A DNA stretch of 64,000 bases from Phyllosticta citribraziliensis (taxonomy: Eukaryota). The notes under the pieces are model-generated. The model was given only the letters and a program-made list of their open reading frames with translations, was not told where the DNA came from and did no database searches. The translations under genes were made by a program, and so were the position numbers. The stretch covers positions 186,001 to 250,000 of the forward strand of contig NW_027117340.1 in the NCBI RefSeq assembly GCF_038025025.1. The letters are read 5' to 3'. Positions 10,997-23,772 of the stretch are shown here, one piece after another. Every line of letters starts with the position of its first letter. The first letter of the stretch is position 1.

Positions 10997-13900
10997 CTAC
11001 AACTTCCCATGCCTGCCCTTGAAAATGGCCACCTTGTCGTCGTAGAAGAGAATCTCGCGCAGCCGCAGCCGCTGGCCGGCGCAGCTCTCGTCCAGACTGC
11101 CCGCCGAGCTGCCCGCGCCCCAGACCTCGCTGCCGTCCTCGGTCTCGTCGTCGTCCTCGTCGGCGTCTTCATCGTCGACAAAGACGTCGCCGTCGTTGGC
11201 GTTGTGGTTGCCTGCTATTATGCCCACGCCGCCGGCCGCTGTTGCTGCTGCGCCGTTGGCGTTGATGCCGCCAGCACCGCCGCCACCTGGCCCGCCTGGG
11301 CCTGTGGGATCGTCGTCGTCGTCTACGTCGTCATCATCGTCTTCCGTCTCTTCGTCCACGTCCTCGTCGTCCAGCTCTCCTGTTGCCGCGGCGGCATGCG
11401 CCTCTTCGTCTTCAATCCCAACGGGCTCGTCGTCCTCGTCGTCTGAGAACCCAAGGCCAGGCGCGGCTCCAGCACCGTTGGGCGCACCCGAAGAGCCTGC
11501 GGCGGCATGATGCTGGTTGTGATGGGCGCCATGATGCGCGTAGTAGCGGTCATACGGCGAGGGGACGACCTTGTTTTCGAGGACTTCGAAGCACTTGTTT
11601 TGAATGCCCATATAGCAGATTTCGACTTCGGGCCGCAGGGTGATGATATCGACAATTTGCATGGCGAGCTCTCGTGGATCGATATTGTTGCCGTGCGCGT
11701 GGTCGGCAATGTGTGGGATGTAGAGAGAGCGAAGCGTGGGTACTTGTGGTAGACGTTGGAGGAAAAAGTGCTGACCGCGTTAGTCAAATTCATATACCAC
11801 ATCGAATTCAGAAAACTTACCCAGTCGAGGTAGTCAATGCAAAATGCGAGTTCTCGCAGATTGCACATCCGACCACTGGTTATGAAAGTAATGATTTCAC
11901 GATTCAACATCCACCGCCTCCACCGCGTGCTCGTCGGCGCACGATCTCCAGTGCCCTTTTCGCTGCTGTCTATCATGACCTTCTTCAGGCTTGCACGATG
12001 CCTCTTCAACGCACCGCGAAAGATGACGTTGATGGTGACATTGGAGTGATAGGTGCGGTCCTCTTGCAAAAACAAGACTTCCAGGCTGTTTGGCGGCAGA
12101 GTCTCCTTGATGAACGATATCAGAGAGACAGAAACAGTGTTGGTGTGAATCTTTTTGAGGTTGAGACGGTACTCCGGGCGACTGTGAGTCTTTGCCGAAG
12201 ATCCTCTGACGTGCGATTGCGGACCACGGGGCGCAAATTCTCTGCGCAGAGTTCGCCACAGTGTCTCGTGCCCACTGCAATTCAGCAGCGTCAAGGCCGT
12301 GAGTTTTGACCAGTCAAACGCCTGCAACATCACCGGCACCGACATGGGTACGCGTTCGAGCTCAAGCGTTTCCAGCTTGAGTTTGGTGTTCAACAGAGGA
12401 CCCAGATTCTTTTCTCGTTCCCGACGCTCTGCCTCCAATGCCCGTTCTCGAAGAGGTTTTCTCGAAGGTGGTGTCTGGTAAGTCGAATTGTCCGCAGGCA
12501 CAACTCCCGAAGTTGCATCAAACTCACGACCATCGACGCCGGAAGCATGAGGCAGGTTGACTTCGCTCTTGGTCACAGAAGGCCCATGCTCCCAGACGCG
12601 ATCTACCGTGCCAGGTGGGCTGTCCGTACCTTGGCTCTCGGTGTTGTGCCGCAAGTTGTAGACTCGGCCGACAAGAATGCCCAAAACTCCTCCCAATCTC
12701 TTGTCACCAATCTTGCTCGCTGCAGTCCAGAGCGTGCTGTGATCGACTTGCTGCGTCCCAGCACCTTCCCAAGGCATCACCCACTCTCTCTCATGTTCGT
12801 AGGCATTCTTGGCAATTCCAATCCGCAGCTCGCGCAGCTTCTTTTGCGAACGACCGATCAAGATGGCCATTTCATCGAGATAGGGAAGCTCATCAATGTC
12901 GAGGACGCTCAAACTTTTCAGAGCTGGAATCACTGAAAATGTGGGGTGCTCAACGCGATCGATTGCCGTCAGTGCTGACGCGCTGTGCGGCACGGGAACC
13001 ACGATGGGAGCTTGCGCCGCACCAACACCGCTTGCATTGTGGGCGTGAGGCGGAGGCGGCGGCAAGTTGCTGACCGGCATAGGAGGAGGCGGCACTGACA
13101 GGTCTGCGCCAGAATTGTCGTGCCACCGGATCCACAAACGCTCCAGCCTGCAATCTTGCCCGTCGTCTCTATCTGCAAGAGACGACAGTGCCAGCCAGAC
13201 GTCTCTCAAAACGCCCGTTGGCATGTCCCAAACAAACGTCTCCAAGTTCCTCATGCGGGCTACGGCCACGGCCACCAGCGTTCCAAGCATCTTGCCGCCC
13301 TCCTTGGTGATGAGATAGTCTTGCACCCACTCAACCGGACCATTTCCGAGCGAGAACTTTTTGGTGTACCTGGCAAAGTAGTTGCCTCGACGTCGTCTCG
13401 GAATCGGAAAGGGTTCGGCCGATTGTCGTTGTTGTGCGCTGCTGGGGGTTCGAGTCTGCTTCAAGTGCCGTGCCTGATCTCGTTGCCATTGCGACTCTCC
13501 GAATATCTCCTCTCCCATGACCAGTGTCGCCAGCCCATATGTCAAGGCGTCAACTCCAGATCGCTGCTCCGAGTTTACTGTGCTGTCGGGCCACACAATG
13601 TCGAAGCGGGAGTAAATGTAGGGTATGGTGAGGTTGTGCAGTGCGGAATGGCACAATGCTAGTGAGGTGAGGTCGTTGGTGTGCGGCAGCTGGTGTTCGT
13701 TAGCTTTGCATTTCGCATTCCAGCCTTGCGAGTCGCGTCTCACATGGTTGATGATCTCCTTGAGAATATCCACGGGCAGGTCGAGCAGGCGCAGCGGGCC
13801 CTTCTTTTCGGCGATGGCAGTCCATTCCTTCTCCTTGCCGTTGAGAAGCTTGGAGATTGCGTCTCGCGAATGGTGCGCCTGGGAATCCATCGAATCGCAA

Positions 13901-14082
13901 TCGGTCTGCCTGGAGGAGGAGGAATCGGCGTCGTCGTCGTCGTCGTGAAGTGGTGCGGAGTCGGAGCTGTTTGCAGGTTTGGCGGAGGGCGGCGCAGAGC
14001 GGCTCGCGGGCGGATCTTGGTTGGACGAGGGCGTCAAAGTGCCGTCTGACGGGTATGGGCTAGGAGGAGACGAAGAATCCAT
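10997..14082 (-). CDS. Fungal F-box domain protein; introns ~13690-13743 and ~11771-11820
   Basis: F-box-like LLDLPVDILKEIINH|LPHTNDL, LRR-like segments, acidic tail and RLRLREILFYDDKVAIFK end. Confidence 0.8.
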
Positions 14083-14521
14083 CGCAACCGTGTTTCAGTG
14101 GAGCATGGGCGAAGCGCATGTGTTGTGGTACAGGCTCGCGCTTGCGCGGTGGTGAAGGCGGCAGCGGGTTACTCAGGCAGAGAGGTTGGAGGCGTGAGGC
14201 GTTGATGGAGGTGGGAGCTGGGCGGACGGAGAGCTAGGGAAGCCAAGGAGCTGCAGTGGCAGATGAGATGGCTGGCGAGAACAGAGCAGGGCAGGCTGTT
14301 GGTGGTGTCTGGGGAGCGGAAGTTGGTGGTTGGTTGGTTGGTTGAGGTACGGGCTGCGGACTGACCGACTACCGGCCCAGGCGAAGCGGAGGTGGACCTC
14401 AGGGCGTTGCCGTTGCGCGCACGGCCCACCAGTCTAGCCCACTACAGCCCATGGCGGAACATCAGACATGCACTCATTACTATTTATCAACTGACCACGC
14501 AAAACTACATTTCCAGACTCC

Positions 14522-17500
14522 CTAATTCAACGTCGTCTGTCCCCGCTCCGGATCGCTCATCTTGATAATCTTCACATCCGTCCCGAGACTAACATTGCCC
14601 ATGGCCTGTGGCGTGATGAACAAAAACTGCTTGCTTGGAGACCCCCGGCAAGACTCGATGATCATCTTCATCGACATCTCGCGGTTGACGTTGTCCATGA
14701 ACACGTCAAACTCGTCCAGGCACCGCGTCGGCGCTCCCATGGCGTCCCACAGCGACAGCAGCAGGCACACGGTCGAGAAAGACTTTTCGCCGCCCGAGAG
14801 CGTCTTGGTCTGACGCCCAGATGCGTCGCGCTTCGTAATGTCCGGCTCGACGCTGATGGAAAGCTCCTTGTTGGTCGTGTCGATCATCAAGCTTCCTCTG
14901 AACTTGCGTGCCGAAAGCATGTACGTGAACGTCACGCTGGCTCGATCCGCTATCAAGATGCGGAACTTGGTCAGCCGTCCTCTCCGTTTCATCAGACTGT
15001 CCTTGAGCATCTGCACAAATGCAATTAGCAGTCTGTCAGGCAACCTCTAGTCATCAACATACCAAATTCGTCTTTTGCAGTTTCTTCTGACCCACTCTGG
15101 CCCTTGCATAGGCAGCTTTGGCCTCGTAAAGTGCCTGTCTCAACTCTTGAGCCGACCCACCTAGCCTGATAGCCGTCAGTCATTTACATTTTGAAAACAG
15201 ACGCTGGCACTTACGCTCGTTCTTGCTCTTGGAGGTCTTGCATGAGCTTTTTGGCCTTCTCTTCCAGGCTCTTCGATGTTTCGTCCTCGGGAACGGCTAC
15301 GCGCGTGCAAACCGCATTCGCTTGCTCAATAAATTCCGATACTGTTTCTTCTTGCTCCCTCCTCTGGGTCTCAACCCCTTCTCTCTCTTGTCGAAGTTCG
15401 TGAACCTCTGCCAGGGCAACGTTCTTACGCTGCAACGCGCGGTGGCGGACATCTTCCAACTTTTCGACTCGGGATTCTGCCTTTCTGACTTGCACGCCGA
15501 TTTGGTCGATTTTTGCCTGAATCTCTCGAATTTTCTCATTGAGAGCCCTTTCCTTGCCTTGCATCCTTCTCACCTCTGCTTTGGCATCCTCGAACAACTG
15601 GATGTGGGCTTCTGTGGTCTCTTCTGCCTCTCTCAACTGCCTCTCCAATTCTTCGAGCCGGCCATCCTGTGGCTGTTCGGCCTCGAGTGCGTCTTGCATC
15701 TTCTCCCAGTCCTCTTGGGCCTTTTGCGATTCGACTTGGAGGTTCCTCGTGTTTCTCTTGTGTCGCTCCAGGGACTGCTTCGCTTTGGTGTCCGCTTCTT
15801 GTCGCCTTCTGAATTCCGCTTCGAGGCCCGCCAGCTCGTCTTTCAACCGCTGCAGGGTTTCATTTGCGGCACTGTCAAAATTAGTCCCTGATCAACCCAC
15901 AATAAGTGGAGCACGCACTTGATTTGGGATTCTACCGCTGTTTGCATGCGTGCTCCGTCTGTCCAGCCCGAGACGGGAGCCTCGGATCGTGCACCAGCGC
16001 CCGTCCAGCCAAGACGACGTCCATCTTCATGAGACCCTCTTGCGAAGCAAAAGACTTGCTTTACGTTGCGTGGTCTGCCCGACTCGTTGCCGTAGGCATA
16101 CTCGAAAGCTTCTCTTTGGTCCTCGATCAGGACTGCTTGTTCCGCACCATTGGTGATGATTGACAGGTTCCGAATGATATCATGTTTAAACTGCACACGT
16201 TAGCAGGCAGCCTGTATTTACATGGCCGATTCTACCTCGAGGACCCTCAGCCAAGTGTCGACATCGGGAGCGGGTTCATTGTTCGAAACGTCAATCGGAG
16301 CTGCAGGACAGATGATGACTGGAGCGTCGCTAGGAGCAGTCAGCCAGTTGATGGGAAAATGAGATGGTGGGGCTTACTATCTTGCTGACTTCATGAGCTC
16401 GCGTAGCGTGCTTTCATCTCTCTTGTTCGTGACAGCGAAGCCAGCAAGGCTTTTGCCATACGACCTTTCAAGAATGGGCGACCACTTTGGCTTCAGTAAT
16501 TTGATTTCACGACCAATAGGCCCGACAGGCGTGTCGCGGAATTTGCTCTTATTCCGTTCGATCGCTTGTAGAAGCTGCGGTAGTTCGCGTGGGAAGGCCG
16601 ACATCCATTTGCCTTGATTTGACCTAAGTCTGTTGATGCGGTCCTTCTGTTGGTTCACTTCTTCACGCTTCTTTTGGACGACGACGCGTTGTGTGTTGTA
16701 TCGCTGCTCGGCCTCGTTCCTGTCCCTCTCAAAGGGCCCAAAGTTGCCTTTTGCCTCGTCATAAGCGCGTTGCGCTTCTTCTGCCCTAGTCTTGGCCTCT
16801 TGGATTTCCTCGAGCCTTCTTGCATGTTCGCCGCCGACGGCGTCTGCTTGGCGCTGCTGCTCTTCCTCGATTTGCCTCTTGAGGTTGGAAACATTCTTCT
16901 TGTCGTTTTGCATGTGGCCTTTGATGTCACGTTGTTGGGCGTTGGCAGTAAACATTTCGTTCCGATTGGTGGAGAGCTCGCTCTCCTGGCTCTCCTTCTC
17001 TTCTTGAAAAGGAGCTGCCGACTCCTGCTGTTCCCGTACGAGCCGCTGCGCTTCTTCGAGACGTTCAATTGCGCGATCAAAATCCTGAGCAGCCGCGTCT
17101 GCCTGTTGATTCTTTTGTTCAATCTCCGTGTCGCAGGTACCGATGCGCTCCGTGACGGTTTCGAGAGCTCTCTCCTGGTCTCGCACCTGGGACCAAGTGT
17201 ACATCCGCGTGAAGTTGTCTTTTTTCGCTCGCATCTCTTCATGTTGGTCAGCCAGGTTCTTTTTCCTCCGGGCTTCTTCGAAATTCTCCCTCAACTCCTT
17301 CACGTCGTCACCGCAGACCTCCAGCTTTGCATCAATCTCCTCGATGAGTTGAGCAAAGAGCAGGTAGTCTCGGTTGAGATGAGCAATCTGAGTTCCCTCC
17401 TGGAAAAACTTGTATTTGTCGCTGGCAGTCGACGAATTCAGAAACTGGCGGGCCATGTCCTGAGAGAGGACGTTCATTGGGTTATCCATCTGCAGCTGAA

Positions 17501-18330
17501 ACGCATCCGCGATGTTCTCCAGCTCCTGTCTCTTGGTCGACTTGACATGGTGATGGGCGTCTCTGATCTTGAATCCGCTCGTGCCCTTCATATCAAACCA
17601 GCGCTCGATGATGATGGAATCGCCGTAGATGTGGGGCTGGTAAGCACTAGCGCCTTGGTTTTTGATGGTTACGAGTACATTAGCCGACCTGGTAGGGTTA
17701 GAGATGAACCTTCTTCAGGCGTGGTTGACTCACTCTTCACCCTCCTTGATAAAGTTCTTGAGACTTTGACCACGATTCGTGGCAGTGGCCTTGGCACCGA
17801 GGCACAGCGTAAGTGCAGTCAGGACGGCGCTCTTTCCACTGCCGTTGTGGCCGATGATGAAGTTGATGAGCGGGCCCAAGGACACCGTCAGGTGCGAGTG
17901 ACACATGAAGTTCCGGCATTCGATTTGCTCCACAATGGCATTGTCGGCTGGGAAGTTGTCTCTCACAGCCTTGTGTTTTACGTCGATCCTCTGCCAGAGG
18001 GTGGCTTTGCGATCTTCGGGTCTGCCCAAGTCCAAGGCCACTGCATCGTCCACATTCCATTGAGTTAGTTTGGGCCTGTCATTGGTTTCGTCGTAACCAT
18101 CGGGCAGGATGAGGGTGTCCTCGTTGTCTTGTGAGGCGGCAGATGCGGTGGATGCGGTCGAGAGTCGTTGGCGTTTGTTCTGTCACAGCGTGAGTAGTTG
18201 CCCAGTCCAGTGGTAAGGGTAGACTTACGCCGTTTTGAAGGTAGCTAGGGCTGCCGTTTGGAGTCTCTTCTTCGTCGTCGTCCTCGTAGACTGTAGGAGC
18301 ACGATGACGCCTCGCAGGAATGGGCACCAT
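14522..18330 (-). CDS. SMC6: Structural maintenance of chromosomes protein 6, multi-exon
   Basis: Walker [17 protein letters not shown], long coiled coil, hinge PVGPIG, signature [10 protein letters not shown], Walker [10 protein letters not shown]. Confidence 0.95.
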
Positions 18331-18421
18331 GGCGGCTTGATTTCAGAGAAATGGGGCAGTGGTGGTGGCAGCCGACCAGAGTGACGAGGAGTGGTTCCGG
18401 TTGTGCACGGCGGCGGCCGAG

Positions 18422-18463
18422 ACGCGTCTCTGAGTTGGGTTACGCGCGACGGGCAAGCGCGTT
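18422..18463. promoter_or_regulatory. MCB-like elements (ACGCGT and ACGCG cores) in the SMC6/ClpP divergent promoter
   Basis: ACGCGT at 18422-18427 plus CGCG cores near 18442 and 18459. MCB boxes drive G1/S genes in yeasts. Confidence 0.45.
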
Positions 18464-18549
18464 GATGACATAACCACAGGACCCGCACCCGCGGCAACCA
18501 CTTCGACAGAGCCGCCGCTCTCTCGATTCCATCACTCCGCCTATCCAAC

Positions 18550-19487
18550 ATGACGAGCTTATTCCCGAGGGCTCTGAGGCTCTCGACACTCCAGCAGAGC
18601 TCCAGACTGGGCCTGCGAACCTTTACCGGCCTATCCCGCGATGCGCACGCCGGCGCTGCTCCGACCCGCGGATGGACACCAACGCCCTACGTGACCGAGA
18701 CGGTTGTATGTTTCTCAGCTTCGAATAGCCCGGGATGAAGCTGACTGAGTAGGCTGGCGGCTGGCACACTTGTGAGTTGACAAGCGACTGAATGAGACGC
18801 ACTGGACTAATGCGACTGGAAGACGACATCTTCTCCCGTTTGCTCAAAGTACGATGCGTCCCTCAAAGCGCATAGTTCGCGACTAAAATGTCAAATTTAG
18901 GAGCGCATAGTGTGTCTGAATGGACAAGTCGACGATAGTTTATCCGCGTCCATCGTAGCACAGCTGCTCTTCCTCGAAGCCGACAATCCGGAGAAGCCCA
19001 TCAGCCTTTACATAAACTCTCCCGGTGGTTCAGTCACAGCAGGTTGTGACCCAGCCCTCAACAGTGGACATTGGACTAATGGAAGCTAGGACTCGCCATC
19101 TACGACACCATGACCTACATCCGCCCACCCGTCACAACAATCTGCGTCGGACAAGCTGCGAGCATGGGTTCGCTACTGCTCTGCGGTGGAGCCGCCGGCA
19201 TGAGATATTGCCTACCGCACAGCTCCATCATGATCCACCAACCGAGTGGCGGCTATGTGGGACAGGCTTCCGACATTGCGATTCACGCCGAGGAGATTCT
19301 GCGCGTGAGGAAGCGGCTGAATATGATCTACCAGAAGCATCTCACCAAATCGCACACATTGGAGGAGATTGACAGGATGATGGAGCGCGACAAGTTCATG
19401 TCGGCTGAGGAGGCAGTGGAGCTGGGATTGATTGACAAGATTTTGGAGAGAAGAGATGCGGACGAGAAGAAGGAAGAAAGCAAGTAA
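18550..19487 (+). CDS. CLPP: Mitochondrial ATP-dependent Clp protease proteolytic subunit; 4 introns, two micro-exons
   Basis: Presequence-like N-terminus, [30 protein letters not shown] (catalytic Ser), [14 protein letters not shown]. Confidence 0.95.
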
Positions 19488-19618
19488 GGTAGATTTACGG
19501 ATGGTTGGTGGAACCCATGTTGCGCAGTAATCCACCTATGACGCGGTCTTGGCGCGGGACTTAGCGACACTCCGCGTCTGTTTCGTCGCACCTCATCTTC
19601 TCCGCTGCCTGTGAAGTG

Positions 19619-21119
19619 ATGCCGCCACGACTCCCTCTGCGGTGCCATCGTCACGACAATTTCCAGCATGTCTTGAATTTATCGTCTCGGCGTCGACTGA
19701 GGTTGTCAACCTCCACGGCGCCCAAATCCACAAACACCTCCGCCGACACCAATGCAACAACCTCGGGGCCGTACGCCAAAGATGATGGCCAGACCTGGCG
19801 GATGCGAGCCGATGGCAAACGAAAGCTTCCACTCCCACCCATCCTCGACCCCATCGCCATATCGCAGCGCGAGCGCTGGACCGAGCCCAAGAAGCCCGCC
19901 GCGGCGCCCGCAGACCGGACGCCGTTCCAGAAGAAGCTGCACAACAACGCATTTGGTGCGTCCACCGTCCAGCACCCTACATGGCAGAAGCCAAACGGCG
20001 CCAATTTGAGAGGAACCAAGCTGACAAGACGACACAGCACACATGCTCAGCACGCCGATCCGCGAAGACCACAAACTGGGGCTGCAGCTGCCCTCGCACT
20101 TCCTCGTGCCCTTCCGGCCGCTCACGCACCCGTCGACCGCCGACATCTGGCTGCTGCCCGGCGCCGGCCTCAAGCCGACCAAGGCGGCGGGCTCGTTCAA
20201 CGCGTGGGCCGTGGCGCGCCGCGCCCATCTGCGCGCGCTCTGCACCGCCAAACGCGGCGCGTTCCGCGGGCTCACCGGCCCCGTCCAGGGCAGCAGCGCG
20301 CTGCTGCTCCGCGGCAACACCGTGTGGCGCGCGGATATGGATGAGATGGTGCTGCGCATGCTGCGGGACAATGTCTTGAAGCAGCTGCGGTACGGGTTTA
20401 GTAAGCCGCGCGGCGGTGGCGTGCTTGCGCGGTTGTGGGAGGAGCCGGGGAGGGGGTTTGTGCCGTACAATCCGTCCGAGCATGAACGGCCGCCAAACAT
20501 CGAAGAGAGAGAGGACCAAGCACGCCGAACCCTCCCCCAGCAACTCTCCCGGCACGCCGCACCCGCCGCGCTGCTCTTCCTGCGCCCGCTCACGCCGCTC
20601 TCAGCGCAGCCGTCCGACGCCCTCGCCCAACACATCGCCGCGTGCGACGGCCTCGTCGACGACCTCGTCGACCACAAGTCGTACATCCTGCGCAAAAAGC
20701 ACCCCGACTACTCGCCTCCTCCGCACAGCAAGTGGGCGCACGCCGAGAAGCTGCATCCGCGGCTGGACCCGCGCTGGCGCGTCGGGAGGCTGCGGCCGAG
20801 CGTTGTGCGGTGGGCGCCGGCGGCGGATGCGAGCGCAGCGAGCATAGCCAGTGAAGCGAGCATAGCCAGTGAAGCGAGCATAGCCAGTGAAGCAGGCGCG
20901 GTAAATCACGCCCACCTCATCCCCGTATACAGCCTGCCGGACCTGCTGGGCGGCGAGGTGGCCTTCAACTCGTTGCTCGGCGGCGAGCGAGGCGAGCGAC
21001 GTGAGCAGCAAGAGCGTATCTGGGGCCGCGGTGCGGTGCTGCTCAAGGCGGGGCCGGGCGCCGTTGGTGCGCTGCTGGCGCTTGAGCGGTTGAGGAGCTA
21101 TGTTGAGGTGCCTTGGTAG
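19619..21119 (+). CDS. Hypothetical protein, possibly mitochondrial; intron ~19955-20037
   Basis: Arg-rich N-terminus; spliced join NNAF|AHMLSTPIR into the 358-aa ORF; coding-like composition. Confidence 0.65.
20838..20891 (+). repeat. Perfect 18-bp tandem repeat x3 (GCGAGCATAGCCAGTGAA) encoding ASIASE
   Basis: Direct inspection. Confidence 0.95.
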
Positions 21120-21142
21120 GATGTGGTGGGGGAGACAGGGGT

Positions 21143-21144
<2 letters not shown>

Positions 21145-21176
<32 letters not shown>
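21145..21176 (+). repeat. Poly-G tract (~32 nt) between convergent genes
   Basis: Direct inspection. Confidence 0.95.
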
Positions 21177-21177
<1 letters not shown>

Positions 21178-21311
21178 ACAGCATGAGATCACGGCTGGGA
21201 AGCACTAGGTACATGTTATAAAGAGATGACTGGACTGTCTTGTCTTAACCCCCCTACCTACCTACATAGCTACAAGCATGTAGCCAACTATCGCACACTC
21301 ACTCCGCCTAC

Positions 21312-23772
21312 CTACATCCCCATGAACCACCGCTCCCAAGCCCTCGCCACAACGCCCACGCCCACACCTTCCTCCCTCACGCACCGCACGAGCCGATCCT
21401 CCGCGACCTCCTGCACGCCGTCCCACACATTGCCGACCGTCTCGCCGTACACGGCCACCTGCGCGCCGCTCGCCGGCCGCACCTGCTGCCACTCGCGACT
21501 GGCGCCCGTCCCACCCTTCCCACCTCCTCCCCTCGTCCCGCTCAAAAACGACGCCGGCTGCTCGAAGAAGTACGGCCGCCAGCGCAGCCCGCGGCCGCAC
21601 ACGTAGCCCAGCACGTCGGCGGCGAGGGCGTGGGCGGCCGGGAGAGAGTGCGTCGGGATGCGCCCCGCGGCGGCGTAGTTGAGGAAGAGGTAGGCGACGT
21701 CGAGGATGTGGGTGGCGCGGCGGTGCCATTTGCCGGGCCAGGGGTTGGGCGTGGCGACGACGAGGAGGTGGGCGTGGCGGCGGGGTGGGGTGGGTTCTTG
21801 GTCCGAGGGGGAGGGTTTGGCTTGGGGGTGCGTTTGGGATGGTGATGATGATGCTGGCTGTGGGGGCCCTGGGTGGATGGGCAGGGTCGTCGTCTCGCCT
21901 GCTACCCCTGACTGCGCCTGCGCAGCATCCGGCCGGTGGCCCTCAAGGTTCGGGTTCGCCGTGACAGCGCGAGCCTCTTCTTGCGCCGCGCTGGAAGGCG
22001 GCTGTCGGGCTCGCTGGGCATCAGCATCATCCGCCTCGGCAGAACCGAGCGGCGACGGGTCGTGCTCGGTCGTCCACGCGGCGGCGTAGGCGCGAGCGGG
22101 AGCGCGGGCAGAGATGTCGGAGCCCAGTTCGGTGATTGCAGACAGCGCGGCCGGGTCGGGCGTCGCGGGCGTGATGCCGTACGTGTCAAGCAGGCGCTTG
22201 GCGAGGGTGGGATACTTGGAAAGGGAGTTTGTGAGGGAGGTGATGAAGGCGGTGGCGAGGGCGCTCTGGGCCATGCGCGGGTGTGTGTAGGTAAAGATGG
22301 AAACCTGGATGGTTAGCAAGAAAACGTGCAAGACGTGAGACGGTGTTGACGACGTACGTCGAGCGAGCAGCATCCCAGGAGCATCTCTCTGCACCACTGG
22401 GCCCCCGGCATGCGCTCCACCTGCTCCTTCAACTGATCAAAGTCGTGAGCCTCCCTGACCGACTCCCCGTCAACCACCGGGCCAAGGATCACCGACGGCG
22501 GCACCTTGGTGAGCAGCTCGACGGGCGGCAGCGTCCGCAGCCGGTCCAACCGCTCCGCCGGCGGGAGATCCGCGAGGCCAAAGGCAGAGATGACGGCGCG
22601 GTAATTGGCCTCGGCAATTTCAGGGGAAAGCGACTTCATCAGCAGCGGACTGCCGCCGAGCGGAATGGCGCGCTTGAAAAGAGGCTCGGACGAATTGAGT
22701 TGGTATACGGTCGAGACTGGTTGCGCGGGTTGGCCATGTCAGTTGATGTCATTCGATGGCCGATCACTTCCAATCTTGGAAGTAGAGTTGAGAGTATAAT
22801 GCGACGTAGGACAAGACGTGCGACCTGCCCACGATGCCCCAGGTCATGACTTACTGGCTCCGGCGCTCTGTCCCATGAGCGTTACGTTTTCCGGGTCTCC
22901 TCCAAATCCGGCAATGTGTATTTTGATCCATCTCAATGCCACTGTTTGGTCACGGATGCCGTTGTTGGGCTGGTAACCGTGCTCCTTGAACTCGGACGAC
23001 GTGAGAAATCCGGGGAGACCGAGGCGATAGCTATGATGGTGTCAGTCTTCTCCAGGCTCAATGCTTCATTCTCCAGCCTAAAGTCTATCCACGACTGTTT
23101 CAAGAAAAGTTACTCACTTGATGTTGATTCCAATGAACGGCATCTCCTTCTCAACACCAAACTTGACCAGCTGGGCAAAATCATATTGCGGGAACCAATT
23201 GGCTCCCTGTCGGAACCCTCCGCCATGGATGAAAACAAGTACGGGAAGATTCTTCTCTTTCAACGTGGGTACCGTAACGTTCAGGTTGAGCCCGTCAATA
23301 TCGGACTGGACCTTGGGCGCGTCGGCCGGCTTTGGCAGCGGCTGCTGAATGAACGTGTGCTCGCTATCGCAGCCGTCTGGAGGCGAGATGACCGGGAGGC
23401 TTCGAGAGACACATCAGATCAGACGGCCTCGATGAAGAGTGATGAAAGATGAAAAGGGAGCGTGGTGTAACAATGGCCGTAAAATGCTCCTCGGCCAGTA
23501 GGAGCATCCGAGACTCAACACCACACGTCGAAGTAGCAGTTCCATCTCAATCCAGGTCGTAGGGTTTCTGGATAGATGGAAGAGATGGATGAAAAGACTC
23601 ACCCATATTTGGTCGCATCCACGCCGTGTGCCTCTTCAATCAGCTCGGCCGGGGCGAATCGGTCCCGCAACGTCGCATATTTGATGCCCAAAAACTGGAC
23701 GACGCCCGTGTCGTCTCGGGCCTTGCCCCGCACCTCACCGAGAGCCGGATGCAAGATGGAGGGGGCGGTCAT
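21312..23772 (-). CDS. Type-B carboxylesterase (alpha/beta hydrolase), multi-exon
   Basis: QFLGIKYA, LNLNVTVP, FIHGGGF oxyanion motif, FGGDPENVTLMGQSAGA (GxSxG), HILDVAYLFLNY. Confidence 0.88.

Noticed and set aside
10997..11010. C-terminal GKL of the F-box protein as a PTS1 signal
   Set aside because: Non-canonical tripeptide that appears to be part of the terminal domain; no other peroxisomal cue.
16650..18068. 472-aa plus-strand ORF and similar long antisense ORFs (31306-32499, 62092-63174)
   Set aside because: Shadows of SMC6, ThrRS and PRP16 coding strands in GC-rich DNA; no recognisable motifs.
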